Shown piece after piece: positions 45,199 through 54,963 of a DNA stretch of 64,000 nt. Under the pieces are notes generated by a model, which ran no database searches, was not told the DNA's origin, and saw only the letters and a list, made by a program, of their open reading frames with translations. Position 1 is the first letter of the stretch. Every line of letters begins with the position of its first letter. Both the position numbers and the translations under genes were made by a program. The stretch spans positions 352,001-416,000 of the forward strand of contig CAVPZX010000003.1 in assembly GCA_963710375.1 (NCBI GenBank). The letters are read 5' to 3'. This stretch comes from Nitrospirota bacterium. GTDB taxonomy: Bacteria; Nitrospirota; Thermodesulfovibrionia; Thermodesulfovibrionales; Dissulfurispiraceae.

Positions 45199-46796
45199 AG
45201 AAACCTCCAAAAAAAGAGATCCAAATTCAGGCTCTGCAAGAACGTGTAGATCATATGGAGGGAGCTTATGCAAAGCTGCTCGACTATGTGAGCGAACTCG
45301 CATCCAGCAGAGAATTCAATAAGGATATTGTTGTTACTACAGAACCATTGAATATTTTGGATGCCGGGTTGACATATATCAAGCGGCGACTTTTATTTGA
45401 AGAGCTGGCGTTTTATCTTATAGAAGAGAAAGACGCAAGCTTTTACATGGCACGCTGCGAACCTGAATCGAAAAGTGAAAAGTTGCGGGATGAAGTAAAT
45501 CAATGCATAGAAGACGGCACCTTTGCATGGGCTCTCAGGCAGAACCATTCCATAGTTGTTCCATCAAAGGTCCCTGAACTTAAGCTTGTTTTGCATGTCC
45601 TGGCAACCCAAACCCGAGCTCGTGGAATGTTTGTAGGCACCATTAAAGATGAAAACCTTAAAATCAACGACCTGTCAGCTACAATGTTGTCAGTAACAGT
45701 CCAGAACATTGCCTATGCGCTCGAAAACTCGATGCTTTATCAAATGTTTCGGAAAAGTAGTGAGATGCGTTTGAATTCAGCAGTGGAGAAACTGATAGAA
45801 AATGCGCACTTTCTTCAAACCCTTATTGACGCTATCCCTAACCCTATCTTTTACAAAGACATCCACGGCATTTACCAGGGCTGCAATACGGCTTTCGAGG
45901 CGCATCTCGGAATGCACAAGAGTAAGATAGTCGGCAAATCCGTCTATGACGTAGCTCCCCTGGAACTGGCTGACAGATATAACGAAATGGATTTGGAGCT
46001 GTTCCGTAAAGGCGGTTTTCAGGTCTACGAGTCATCTGTTCGTTACGCCGACGGCACTATGCACGATGTTATCTTCAATAACGCAACTTTTACCAATGCA
46101 GACGGCAACATGGGCGGGTTGGTGGGGGTTATGCTTGACATCACCGAGCGCAAGGAGGCCGAGCGGAAGATGAAACAATCACTGAGAGAAAAAGAGACCC
46201 TTCTCAGGGAAATCCATCACCGTGTCAAGAACAACATGGCGGTCGTCTCAAGCTTACTTTATTTGCAGGCAAACAAAATAAATGACAACACTGTGAGATC
46301 CCTTTTTGAAGAAAGCCAGCAGAGGGTCAAGGCAATGGCCCTTGTTCATGAAAAGCTCTATCAGACAAAGGACCTATCATCCATTAATTTTAGAGACTAC
46401 ATCACATCAATAGTTTCGGAGATAGTCAGCCTATACCGGATAGATACCAGTGCAATCAGTATGGAGATCAATGTTGAGGACGTTGAGCTTGATCTTGAAT
46501 CAGCCATACCGTGCGGTCTGATAATCAACGAACTCCTCACAAATGCCTTTAAATACGCCTTCCCGGACAATAGAGGGGGGGTATTAAGCGTCCATTTGAC
46601 AAAGACTGATGACACCTGCACACTGACAATCAAAGACAACGGCGTAGGACTACCGGAAGGTTTTGATTATAAAGAGGCAAGCACTCTGGGCCTTCAGCTT
46701 GTCAATGTTTTAACAGGACAACTGGATGGAACCCTCCAAATCAAATTTGATAAAGGAACGGAAACAGTCGTTACATTTAAGGCCAAAAGGGAATAA
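45195..46796 (+). CDS. Sensor histidine kinase (GAF-like, PAS, HisKA_2)
   Basis: EIHHRVKNNM, NELLTNAFKYAF, DNGVG, LGLQLV. Confidence 0.92.
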   Translation: MKKPPKKEIQIQALQERVDHMEGAYAKLLDYVSELASSREFNKDIVVTTEPLNILDAGLTYIKRRLLFEELAFYLIEEKDASFYMARCEPESKSEKLRDEVNQCIEDGTFAWALRQNHSIVVPSKVPELKLVLHVLATQTRARGMFVGTIKDENLKINDLSATMLSVTVQNIAYALENSMLYQMFRKSSEMRLNSAVEKLIENAHFLQTLIDAIPNPIFYKDIHGIYQGCNTAFEAHLGMHKSKIVGKSVYDVAPLELADRYNEMDLELFRKGGFQVYESSVRYADGTMHDVIFNNATFTNADGNMGGLVGVMLDITERKEAERKMKQSLREKETLLREIHHRVKNNMAVVSSLLYLQANKINDNTVRSLFEESQQRVKAMALVHEKLYQTKDLSSINFRDYITSIVSEIVSLYRIDTSAISMEINVEDVELDLESAIPCGLIINELLTNAFKYAFPDNRGGVLSVHLTKTDDTCTLTIKDNGVGLPEGFDYKEASTLGLQLVNVLTGQLDGTLQIKFDKGTETVVTFKAKRE

Positions 46797-46798
46797 CC

Positions 46799-47188
46799 AT
46801 GGAAGACAACAAAAAAATAGTTGTTGTCGAAGATGAAGCAATACTTGCGTTGCAGGTAAAGGATGCACTTTTGCAGATGGGTCATTCGATCACCGGTATA
46901 TATACCTCAGGTGTGAAAGCGCTTGAAGGTATAGAAACTACCCGACCTGATCTGGTACTGATGGACATAAAGCTTAAGGGAAAAATGGATGGGATAGAGA
47001 CGGCTGACCGCATAAAAAAACAGTATGACATACCGATAATATTCATGACCGCACACTCCGAGAAGGACATGGTTGAAAGGGCGAGGACGACAGGGGCCTA
47101 TGGATATTTGCTGAAGCCGGTCAACCCGAGAGAACTCCAGACAGCCATCGACGTAGCCATGTGCAAGTCCAAAATAGACAAGGAATAG
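46799..47188 (+). CDS. Single-domain response regulator
   Basis: VVEDE, LMDIKL, TAHS, LKP. Confidence 0.92.
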   Translation: MEDNKKIVVVEDEAILALQVKDALLQMGHSITGIYTSGVKALEGIETTRPDLVLMDIKLKGKMDGIETADRIKKQYDIPIIFMTAHSEKDMVERARTTGAYGYLLKPVNPRELQTAIDVAMCKSKIDKE

Positions 47189-47196
47189 GGAGTGTG

Positions 47197-47703
47197 TCAG
47201 ACCTGCTTTTTTTGTATTTCCTGTATCAGATACTTTGCCGCAATCCCGTTAAATGCTCCTGTCACTGTTCCTGCCACAGCTAAAAAGGGGAACACAACCA
47301 GGATTGCCTCGATTTTCCTTACAAAAAGCAGATAGGCCGTAAGTAGCTGCGCTATATTATGAAAAAAAGCGCCGATCAGACTAATTCCTAACGGTCCGAA
47401 AAGACCGGGGAAAAGAGTCATCACAATACACATTGAAAGGGTGCCTGCCAGTCCACCGCTAAGACTGAGGAAAAAACCAGGTCCTAAAAAAGTGCCCAGA
47501 AGCAATGAGCCAAGGACAATCCTGATCATGGTAACGGTCAATGCCGGTTTGATTCCATAAAAAAAAAGTGTGATCACGGTAATTATATTTGAAAGCCCCA
47601 GACGCAACCAGGGTATCGGCGTAGGAATGAGCGCCTCAAAGCCATGCAGGGCAAGGGCGTATGATGCCAGTATGGCGATACGGTACTTATCCGCTGATTG
47701 CAT
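47197..47703 (-). CDS. Gx transporter family protein (heptaprenyl diphosphate synthase component I-like)
   Basis: E..IPTPIPWLRLGLSN, LSLSGG, HNIAQL; start placed at MQSAD. Confidence 0.85.
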   Translation of the reverse strand: MQSADKYRIAILASYALALHGFEALIPTPIPWLRLGLSNIITVITLFFYGIKPALTVTMIRIVLGSLLLGTFLGPGFFLSLSGGLAGTLSMCIVMTLFPGLFGPLGISLIGAFFHNIAQLLTAYLLFVRKIEAILVVFPFLAVAGTVTGAFNGIAAKYLIQEIQKKQV

Positions 47704-48061
47704 CAGGGCCTTTGCTATGGTCGGGGCGCGAAATGGTGACAACGACTTTATTGGGAAGGCATATAATAGCCCCGTTTTCTATCCAGCCCTCATGGATGCA
47801 GACTTTGTTGGGGCAAGGAGCTTCTGTCATCCTGACCTTTCCGCCCTTTATTTCAACCGTGGCCATTCCGATCACCCCGCTGAATTCGACTGTTCTGTCC
47901 TCGTTGAGCGGAAATGTATACTTCAGCTTGCCGTCCACCTCTATCCTGACTTCAGTTCCTTTCGGCATTGCCTCTTTTACATAAGCAAAACTATAAAGAG
48001 AGAGAAAAATACATATTAAGAGCAGGACCTTATCGGCCAGTGTAGTTTTAATAATGCTCAT
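47687..48061 (-). CDS. NusG domain II-containing protein
   Basis: APCPNKVCIHEGWI, IICLPNKVVV. Confidence 0.88.
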   Translation of the reverse strand: MSIIKTTLADKVLLLICIFLSLYSFAYVKEAMPKGTEVRIEVDGKLKYTFPLNEDRTVEFSGVIGMATVEIKGGKVRMTEAPCPNKVCIHEGWIENGAIICLPNKVVVTISRPDHSKGPDAISG

Positions 48062-50589
48062 TTCATCCTCTGGGCCAAATACCTTCCGGTATGCGAATTC
48101 ACATTGCGTGCAACTTCCTCCGGAGTGCCGGCGGCTATGATTCTACCGCCTTCATTGCCGCCTTCTGGACCGAGGTCGATTACATAGTCAGCAGACTTTA
48201 CGATATCGATGTCGTGCTCAATGATAATTACGCTGTTGCCCATGTCGACCAACCTGTTTATTACATTCAGCAGACGCTGCACATCGACGAAGTGAAGCCC
48301 TGTTGTAGGTTCATCGAGAATATACAGAGTATTTCCGGTGGCCTTTTTCCCAAGCTCTTTTGAGAGCCTTAAACGCTGGGATTCTCCTCCAGAGAGAGTG
48401 GTGGCTGGCTGACCAAGTTTTAAGTATCCCATCCCGATATCTTCGAGGATGTCGAGGCGCTGTTTTAATGGAGGGATTGACGCAAAGAATTCAAGCGCCT
48501 CAGAAATAGTCATTTCAAGGAAGTCGGCAATATTTTTACCCTTGTAATAGACATCAAGAGTTTCTTTATTATACCGCTTGCCTTTGCATGAATCACAGGT
48601 GACGTAGACATCCGGGAGGAAGTGCATTTCGATTTTCTTCAGACCATCGCCCTGGCAGGTTTCACAGCGGCCGCCCGCAAGATTAAAACTGAAACGAGAT
48701 ACCTTGTACCCCCTTACCCTGGAATCCGCAAGCTGCGCAAAAAGGTCCCGAATGAACGTAAATATTCCTGTGTACGTTGCGGGATTTGAGCGTGGAGTCC
48801 TCCCCAGCGGCGACTGATCTACACAAATAACTTTGTCGATTTTTTCGAGTCCTTCAATACGCCTGTATTTTCCCGGGGTGACCTTGCTCTTATACAAGTG
48901 CCTGGCAAGCGACTTGTATAAGACTTCGAATATCAAGGTGCTCTTGCCGGAACCCGACACACCTGTTACACAGACAAAAGAGCTGAGGGGAATGGAAACA
49001 TTTATATCTCTGAGGTTGAATTCAGATGCCCCTTGAATAATCAGAAAATCTTTTGGTATCCGGCGTTTAGTCGGCAGCGGAATAGAGAGCTTTTTGCTCA
49101 AATATTTCCCGGTGATGGACGACTCGGTATTTTGAATTTCTTCAGGAGAACCAGCGGCAATAATCCAGCCGCCATTCTTGCCTGCACCGGGCCCCATATC
49201 GATAATATAGTCAGCCCATCGGATTGTTTCCTCATCATGCTCTACGATTATGACTGTATTGCCGCTGTCACGTATTGCCGCAAGGTTATTAAGCAGTTTG
49301 CCGCAGTCCTTCGGATGCAGTCCTATGCTTGGTTCGTCGAGAACATACAGAACACCGGTGAAAGATGAGCCCAATTGTGTTGCAAGCCTTATCCTCTGTG
49401 CCTCTCCTCCTGAGAGGGTGAGAGAAGGTCTGTTCAGCGTCAGATAGCCAAGGCCAACTTTATCAAGAAAGGAAAGCCTGTCACTGACCTCTTTCAGCAC
49501 TCTTTTAGAAATTGTCCTTTCTCTTTCCGAGAGATTGAGGCTGTCCACATATGTTTTTGCATCCTCAACCGACATTGCCGAGAATTCGCCGATGTTTATA
49601 TTGCCTATCTTCACAGAAAGGGCTTCTTTTCTAAGCCGCATGCCTGCGCAGGCCTTGCAAGTCGGCAAATGGATCAGTTCCCGTTCGTAAATATCATCGG
49701 GGTACTCCCCATCGTCAATGCCTTCGAACCCCATGCCGTTGCATTTAGGACAGGCCCCATACTTGCTGTTGAACGAAAACAGGCGAGGCTCTATTTCAGG
49801 ATAGCTGATACCGCAGTTTGGGCATGCAAGGGTTTTGCTGAATGGGATGTCCCTGTTTTCATCAACCAGATTTATCACCACAGTATCGGCATATTTCAGA
49901 GAGGTGTCAATGGCGTGCTTGATCTGCCGCTCTATGCCCGGCTTTATGATAAAGCGGTCGATGACAATCTCGATAGTGTGCAGTTTCTGTTTTTTTAGTG
50001 CAATGTCCTGGGTAAGCTCCACCATCTTTTCGTCTATTCGCGCCCTCACAAAGCCGTCTGTTCTCATCTGCTGGAGTTCCTTTTTATATTCTCCCTTTCT
50101 GCCCCTTACCAGCGGGGCCAGCACCTGGATTCTCGTGCCCTCCGGAAGCGAACAGACAGGCACAATGATATTGTTGATATCCTGTGTTGCTATAACTGCA
50201 CCACACCGGTAACAATACGGGACGCCGATGCGGGTATAGAGTACTCTCATGTAGTCATAGGTTTCCGTGATGGTCCCAACAGTCAACCTGGGGCTCTTGG
50301 TTACAGTCTTCTGGTCAATGGCAATAGAAGGCGAGAGTCCGTCAATGTAATCCAGTTCCGGTTTTTGCATCTGTTCAAGGAACTGCCGGGCATAGGCTGA
50401 AAGGCTCTCGACATAACGCCTCTGTCCTTCGGCATAAATAGTATCCATAGCGAGCGACGATTTTCCAGAACCGGAAGGTCCTGTAATAACAGTTATCTTG
50501 TCCCGTGGAATTGCGACATTGATATTTTTGAGGTTGTGCTCGCGAGCACCCCTTACCACAATGTATTTCCGTAAGCCTTCGTTTCCCAT
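48058..50589 (-). CDS. uvrA: Excinuclease ABC subunit A, short form (843 aa)
   Basis: GAREHNLKN, two Walker A motifs GSGKS, LSGGE twice, zinc-binding cysteines. Confidence 0.96.
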   Translation of the reverse strand: MGNEGLRKYIVVRGAREHNLKNINVAIPRDKITVITGPSGSGKSSLAMDTIYAEGQRRYVESLSAYARQFLEQMQKPELDYIDGLSPSIAIDQKTVTKSPRLTVGTITETYDYMRVLYTRIGVPYCYRCGAVIATQDINNIIVPVCSLPEGTRIQVLAPLVRGRKGEYKKELQQMRTDGFVRARIDEKMVELTQDIALKKQKLHTIEIVIDRFIIKPGIERQIKHAIDTSLKYADTVVINLVDENRDIPFSKTLACPNCGISYPEIEPRLFSFNSKYGACPKCNGMGFEGIDDGEYPDDIYERELIHLPTCKACAGMRLRKEALSVKIGNINIGEFSAMSVEDAKTYVDSLNLSERERTISKRVLKEVSDRLSFLDKVGLGYLTLNRPSLTLSGGEAQRIRLATQLGSSFTGVLYVLDEPSIGLHPKDCGKLLNNLAAIRDSGNTVIIVEHDEETIRWADYIIDMGPGAGKNGGWIIAAGSPEEIQNTESSITGKYLSKKLSIPLPTKRRIPKDFLIIQGASEFNLRDINVSIPLSSFVCVTGVSGSGKSTLIFEVLYKSLARHLYKSKVTPGKYRRIEGLEKIDKVICVDQSPLGRTPRSNPATYTGIFTFIRDLFAQLADSRVRGYKVSRFSFNLAGGRCETCQGDGLKKIEMHFLPDVYVTCDSCKGKRYNKETLDVYYKGKNIADFLEMTISEALEFFASIPPLKQRLDILEDIGMGYLKLGQPATTLSGGESQRLRLSKELGKKATGNTLYILDEPTTGLHFVDVQRLLNVINRLVDMGNSVIIIEHDIDIVKSADYVIDLGPEGGNEGGRIIAAGTPEEVARNVNSHTGRYLAQRMK

Positions 50590-50603
50590 TTATTCGCAGT
50601 CTC
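50587..50603. mobile_element. MITE TIR-like remnant overlapping the uvrA start codon
   Basis: Minus strand TAA-GAGACTGCGAATAAATG versus TIR variant TTA-GGGTCTGCGAATAAATA (14 of 17). Confidence 0.5.
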
Positions 50604-50618
50604 TTACTATAACCCCTT

Positions 50619-51725
50619 TTAGTTCCCCGTTTCCAGCGATTTTAAAATAGCAACTACTTTCCCTATTGGGGCCTTTGTCTCGACTTTTACAGGTGTTTTG
50701 TTGTCATCATCTGTCAGCCAGATCATGATATCCCCCTTGTTCTGGAACAAACCTTCTGATTTAATGACAGGCTTCACCTTGACAGTATCAATTATCTTGG
50801 TTTCAGAGAACCGGACCTGTTCTTTTCCGATTACGTTGACTTCAGCCTGGAAAAATTTATTACTGTCAAAGATATTAATATTGATGGTTTTACCCACCTC
50901 AAAAGGCTGCGTTCTAAGATAATAAAAACCGGAGATCAAATCCCACAATTCACCGCCCTGAATCGGATAGTCGTCCTTTGTTCCTTTTATGTAATTAAAA
51001 AAGGTGACAAGTTTTTTATCAGTATCAAAAATGGTTTCCTTGTCACTCCTGTATTTCCCTTCCTTCTGTTTGATCCTGAAATGCACGGGTACTCCATTGG
51101 CAACCATGCTTTCGGAGTGATCATCGACCCTGTAAAACGCCGAAATAACCGGGGTAGAATGCACCTGGCATTTTATTATCACCATCCCTGAACTGCCCAC
51201 AGCTTCGAGTTCTGCATTTCCGACATGGATACCTAACCAATAAAGGCTGTACGAAAGTTTTTCCCCTGAGAATTTTAGCAGAACCGTACTCCCGGTACCG
51301 CCTTCAGTCTTGATAGCCGGCGGCGTTATTTGAGGCGAGACAGGTACGGCAGCGGCAGTTTCTGTCGCACCCTGAGTCCCCGAATCGAGTGTATCTTTTT
51401 GTGGGATGGAAGGGACCTCAGCCAGAGCGGGTTCCTCGAGCTTCGGCGGTTCGGTAACTTCAGGGCCGGGTTCATCACTTTCCACAACTACTTTGCTTTG
51501 CATGATATTATGTTGCCGGGTCTTGATCTTCGGGGCGATGAGCGGTCTTGAAGTATTTTCAGATGGTTCGGATATCAGCGTCGCAGTCATAGGTTTATCA
51601 GAAAGGTCACTGACAAAAACAAACAATCCCAGCCGATAGGCTCCCGCAATAAAAATGAAATGCAAGATGACGGATAGTACCAATGGGACGATAACAGGAG
51701 TGAAAATTTTTTTCAATAATGCCAC
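50619..51725 (-). CDS. DUF3108-like protein with a proline-rich linker
   Basis: N-terminal TM; GEKLSYSLYWLGIHVG; IWLTDD..PVK C-terminus. Confidence 0.75.
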   Translation of the reverse strand: MALLKKIFTPVIVPLVLSVILHFIFIAGAYRLGLFVFVSDLSDKPMTATLISEPSENTSRPLIAPKIKTRQHNIMQSKVVVESDEPGPEVTEPPKLEEPALAEVPSIPQKDTLDSGTQGATETAAAVPVSPQITPPAIKTEGGTGSTVLLKFSGEKLSYSLYWLGIHVGNAELEAVGSSGMVIIKCQVHSTPVISAFYRVDDHSESMVANGVPVHFRIKQKEGKYRSDKETIFDTDKKLVTFFNYIKGTKDDYPIQGGELWDLISGFYYLRTQPFEVGKTININIFDSNKFFQAEVNVIGKEQVRFSETKIIDTVKVKPVIKSEGLFQNKGDIMIWLTDDDNKTPVKVETKAPIGKVVAILKSLETGN

Positions 51726-51844
51726 CTAATTATTTTATATGATAAAAGAGCCTTTTGTGCAACAAAAACCGTTAACCCGAAAAAAGCATTTATGGGAGCG
51801 ACTTCCTTAAGCGGATAGGATAGGGTAGGGTAGTAGAGTCCTGT

Positions 51845-53423
51845 TCAGTCCGATTGTTTCTGTCTGATTGCCATGACCGTCTGATCGCGCAACATTTTTA
51901 GGTAGTTTAAATGCTCAGCTGAGACTTTCTGAAAGCCTTCCTTGTCCCCTTCCACATAAATCAACCCTACAGGTTTATTATTTATTATAATAGGCAAAAG
52001 GACAATAAAGGTTTTTTTTAATACCCTGTTTTTGAACCACTCCGGCAGCAGCTTTCTGACAGCGGCAGGCTCGAGGTCCTTGATGACAAGATCATGCTGC
52101 TTCGCTACCGCTATGTTAAAGATGTCGTTCGAATCGCCAATTGGAATAGTAAACCACTTTTTCATTTCCTGAATCCCGCTCCCGATTCCGAACTTGATGC
52201 TCATGCTGGCAAATTTTGTATCCTTTATCAGGAAGAGGACTTTTCCGTCCCCTGACAGACTGCATGCCTCTGTAAATAGTTTCCAGCACAATCCTTATTA
52301 TATCGTTCAGCGAGAAACTGCTCAATAATGAACAAGTGACATCGTGCAAGCCGTTTGAGAATATGCTCTCGGGGGTATCTTCTTTTTCAGATCCGGCAAT
52401 AACATCAATCGACTTTAGTTGTTCAGATGTAAAGTCCGCGTGTAGAGGTCCTGCAACCGTTGCTGACGGTTCGACCACCTTATCCGACCAGGTCATCAAC
52501 TGCCTGTTAAAAGGAACACTATCCAGGTTGATATGAAAAATAGTCGAAAACTGATTCAGCTCTTCAAGACTTTCATTAATAACACCGGTTATCACCTTGC
52601 GGTTCAGCCCGGAGAAAGTAGTCTTGAACATGTCGGCAAGTTTGCCAAGCCTCTCATCCATCTCCTTCTTTTCCGAACTGCTCGATAGTATGTTCGATAT
52701 TTCATTGGAAAGGGAAGCAATGCTAATGAGCTGATTGATCTCATCGGACGAGTCTTTGACTTCCGTTCTGCTGAGTTTGTGCATGCTGCGAACGATCTTG
52801 GTCGGGAAATTCCATCCCTTGGCTATTGCCATGCCTATCTCCTCATATCTCCCGCCGAGGACCGAAAGGGCAGCCGCATCTTCTGAAATACCTCTTTGAC
52901 GGCTTACAGATTTTATCTCCTTTATTGTTTCAGGCAAGGCAAAGGATATCAGCATCTTCCCAAAATTGTGGAGCAGCGAACAGATAAACGCCTCTTCCTT
53001 GTTCTCAAAAGATACCTCGCCGCATAACTTCTGGGCCAGGAATCCGCTGTAAAAAGATTTGATCATAGTATCCAGATGCTCGAGATTTGAATCGCCCTCA
53101 CGGAAATGACCAAAAAGCATTAACGTAAGGCAAAGATTCTTGATGTTTTCAAATCCAAGCAGATTGACCGCACGGGAAATAGTAGTAACTTCCCCGAACT
53201 GGGAATAACTGACGCTGTTGACAACTTTTATGATCTTTGACGTCAATGCATAATCCCTCAAAACAATATTGGCTAATTCAGTAACAGAGGCGTCTTCGGC
53301 AGCCTTCAACTGATTAATCATGTTCATGGTATTAGACATGGCAGGAAAGTCACCGTTTTCCTGCAAGCGTCCTAAAATAACATCTTTAACACTTTGTTGC
53401 GCCCCACGCATGACGAACTGCAT
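51845..53423 (-). CDS. HDOD plus GAF-like protein, split by an apparent 1-bp insertion near 52259 (about 525 aa when restored)
   Basis: HDOD motifs (DFPAM, LTSKIIKVVNS, LLHNFGK); C-terminal domain continues in ORF 51845-52291. Confidence 0.85.
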
Positions 53424-53568
53424 ATCCTCCTAAAACAAATCATAGTGTAACAAAAATACAACAAAAACTAAAGGCTACAGCTGACAGCCCACACAGGGGT
53501 ATATATTTAAAGGAATACAGAAAGTGAAAGCTGTTTTGAGGGAATCCGTCGCGCTTAAGTACCAGGCA

Positions 53569-54948
53569 TTAAGATTCATCCTCACCTTTTTCCAGGTTAT
53601 ATTTTTTAAGTTTTCTCCATAGAGATACCCTGTCTATGCCGAGTATCTGCGCTGCGAGTGTCTTGTTGTCTCCGACCTCTCCGAGCACCCACTGGATATA
53701 GGTCAACTCCTGGTCCTCGAGAGAGGGTATTGTACCCCGCTTTTTCCTGAATGTCTTAATGCTTAGCTCCCTGAGGTCCTCCGGCAGGTGGGCAACCTCT
53801 ATTGACGCACCATTGGAAAGCGCCACGCCACGCTCGATAATGTTTTCAAGCTCCCTGACATTGCCCGGGAAATCGTAATTCATTAACAGCGCAATAACGT
53901 CCGGCGCAATCTCCCTGACAGGCTTCTTCATCAGGGTCGCGTACTTGTTAAGGAAATAGTAACTCAAGATGTGGATATCTTCTTTTCTCTCGGAAAGTGG
54001 AGGAAGGTACAATGAAACGACGTTGAGTCTGAAATAAAGGTCCTGTCTGAAGTTGCCGCTTTTAATGGCATCGGAGATGTCCCGGTTTGTGGCTGCAATG
54101 AATCTGACGTCAACTTTTACAGGCGCCGTTGCACCGAGACGAAGCACCTCCTTCTCCTGGATTACCCTGAGAAGTTTTACCTGCATAGAAGCCGGCATCT
54201 CGGTGATCTCGTCCAGGAAAAGCGTACCCTCCGAAGCCATTTCGGTCAGTCCTTTTTTCATGGTCATCGCTCCGGTAAAAGCGCCTTTTTCATGGCCGAA
54301 GAGTTCGTTTGAGAGCAGCTCCTCGGTAAATGCGCCACAGTTAATAGCGAAGAAGGGGCCATTGGAGCGGGCGCTGTTATTGTGTATGAATTTGGCAAGA
54401 ATCTCCTTGCCTGTACCGCTCTCCCCGCTGATGAGGATGTTACAGTCAGTAGGTGCTATCTGTCGTGCTGTATCGAGAAGCCGCTGCATGGACGGGTCCT
54501 GAGTAATGATCTTGACTTTGCCTTCATAGGTTTCGATCTGCTCCCTGAGCTGGATATTCTCCCGCTTCAGACGGACTTTTTCGAGGGCCTCTTTCACGAC
54601 CAGCCGCACCTCGTCCAGTTTGAATGGTTTGGCTACGTAATAAAACGCCCCCAGTTTAATTGTGTCGACAGCGGACTTCAAGGTTGCATATCCGGTGATC
54701 ATGATGACCTCGGTGTCGGAATGAAGTTCCCTGCAGCGTTTCAGTATCTCCAGACCGTCAACTTTTTCCATTTTCAAATCCGTGAGCACCACATCGAAAT
54801 GTTCTTCGTATAGGAGTTTGAGGGCGTTTTGTCCGCTTTGTGTGCCGGTGACGTTGTACCCCTCTTTTTTCATGACATGTTCAAGATTGTTAAGCGCCAC
54901 TTTTTCATCATCGACAATTAATATTCTTGCGTTATTCGGCATTGTCAT
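53569..54948 (-). CDS. Sigma54-dependent response regulator (REC-AAA-HTH, NtrC family)
   Basis: GESGTGKE, GAFTGA, LFLDEI, Fis-type HTH. Confidence 0.96.
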   Translation of the reverse strand: MTMPNNARILIVDDEKVALNNLEHVMKKEGYNVTGTQSGQNALKLLYEEHFDVVLTDLKMEKVDGLEILKRCRELHSDTEVIMITGYATLKSAVDTIKLGAFYYVAKPFKLDEVRLVVKEALEKVRLKRENIQLREQIETYEGKVKIITQDPSMQRLLDTARQIAPTDCNILISGESGTGKEILAKFIHNNSARSNGPFFAINCGAFTEELLSNELFGHEKGAFTGAMTMKKGLTEMASEGTLFLDEITEMPASMQVKLLRVIQEKEVLRLGATAPVKVDVRFIAATNRDISDAIKSGNFRQDLYFRLNVVSLYLPPLSERKEDIHILSYYFLNKYATLMKKPVREIAPDVIALLMNYDFPGNVRELENIIERGVALSNGASIEVAHLPEDLRELSIKTFRKKRGTIPSLEDQELTYIQWVLGEVGDNKTLAAQILGIDRVSLWRKLKKYNLEKGEDES

Positions 54949-54963
54949 TACTCTCCTCTTTGA

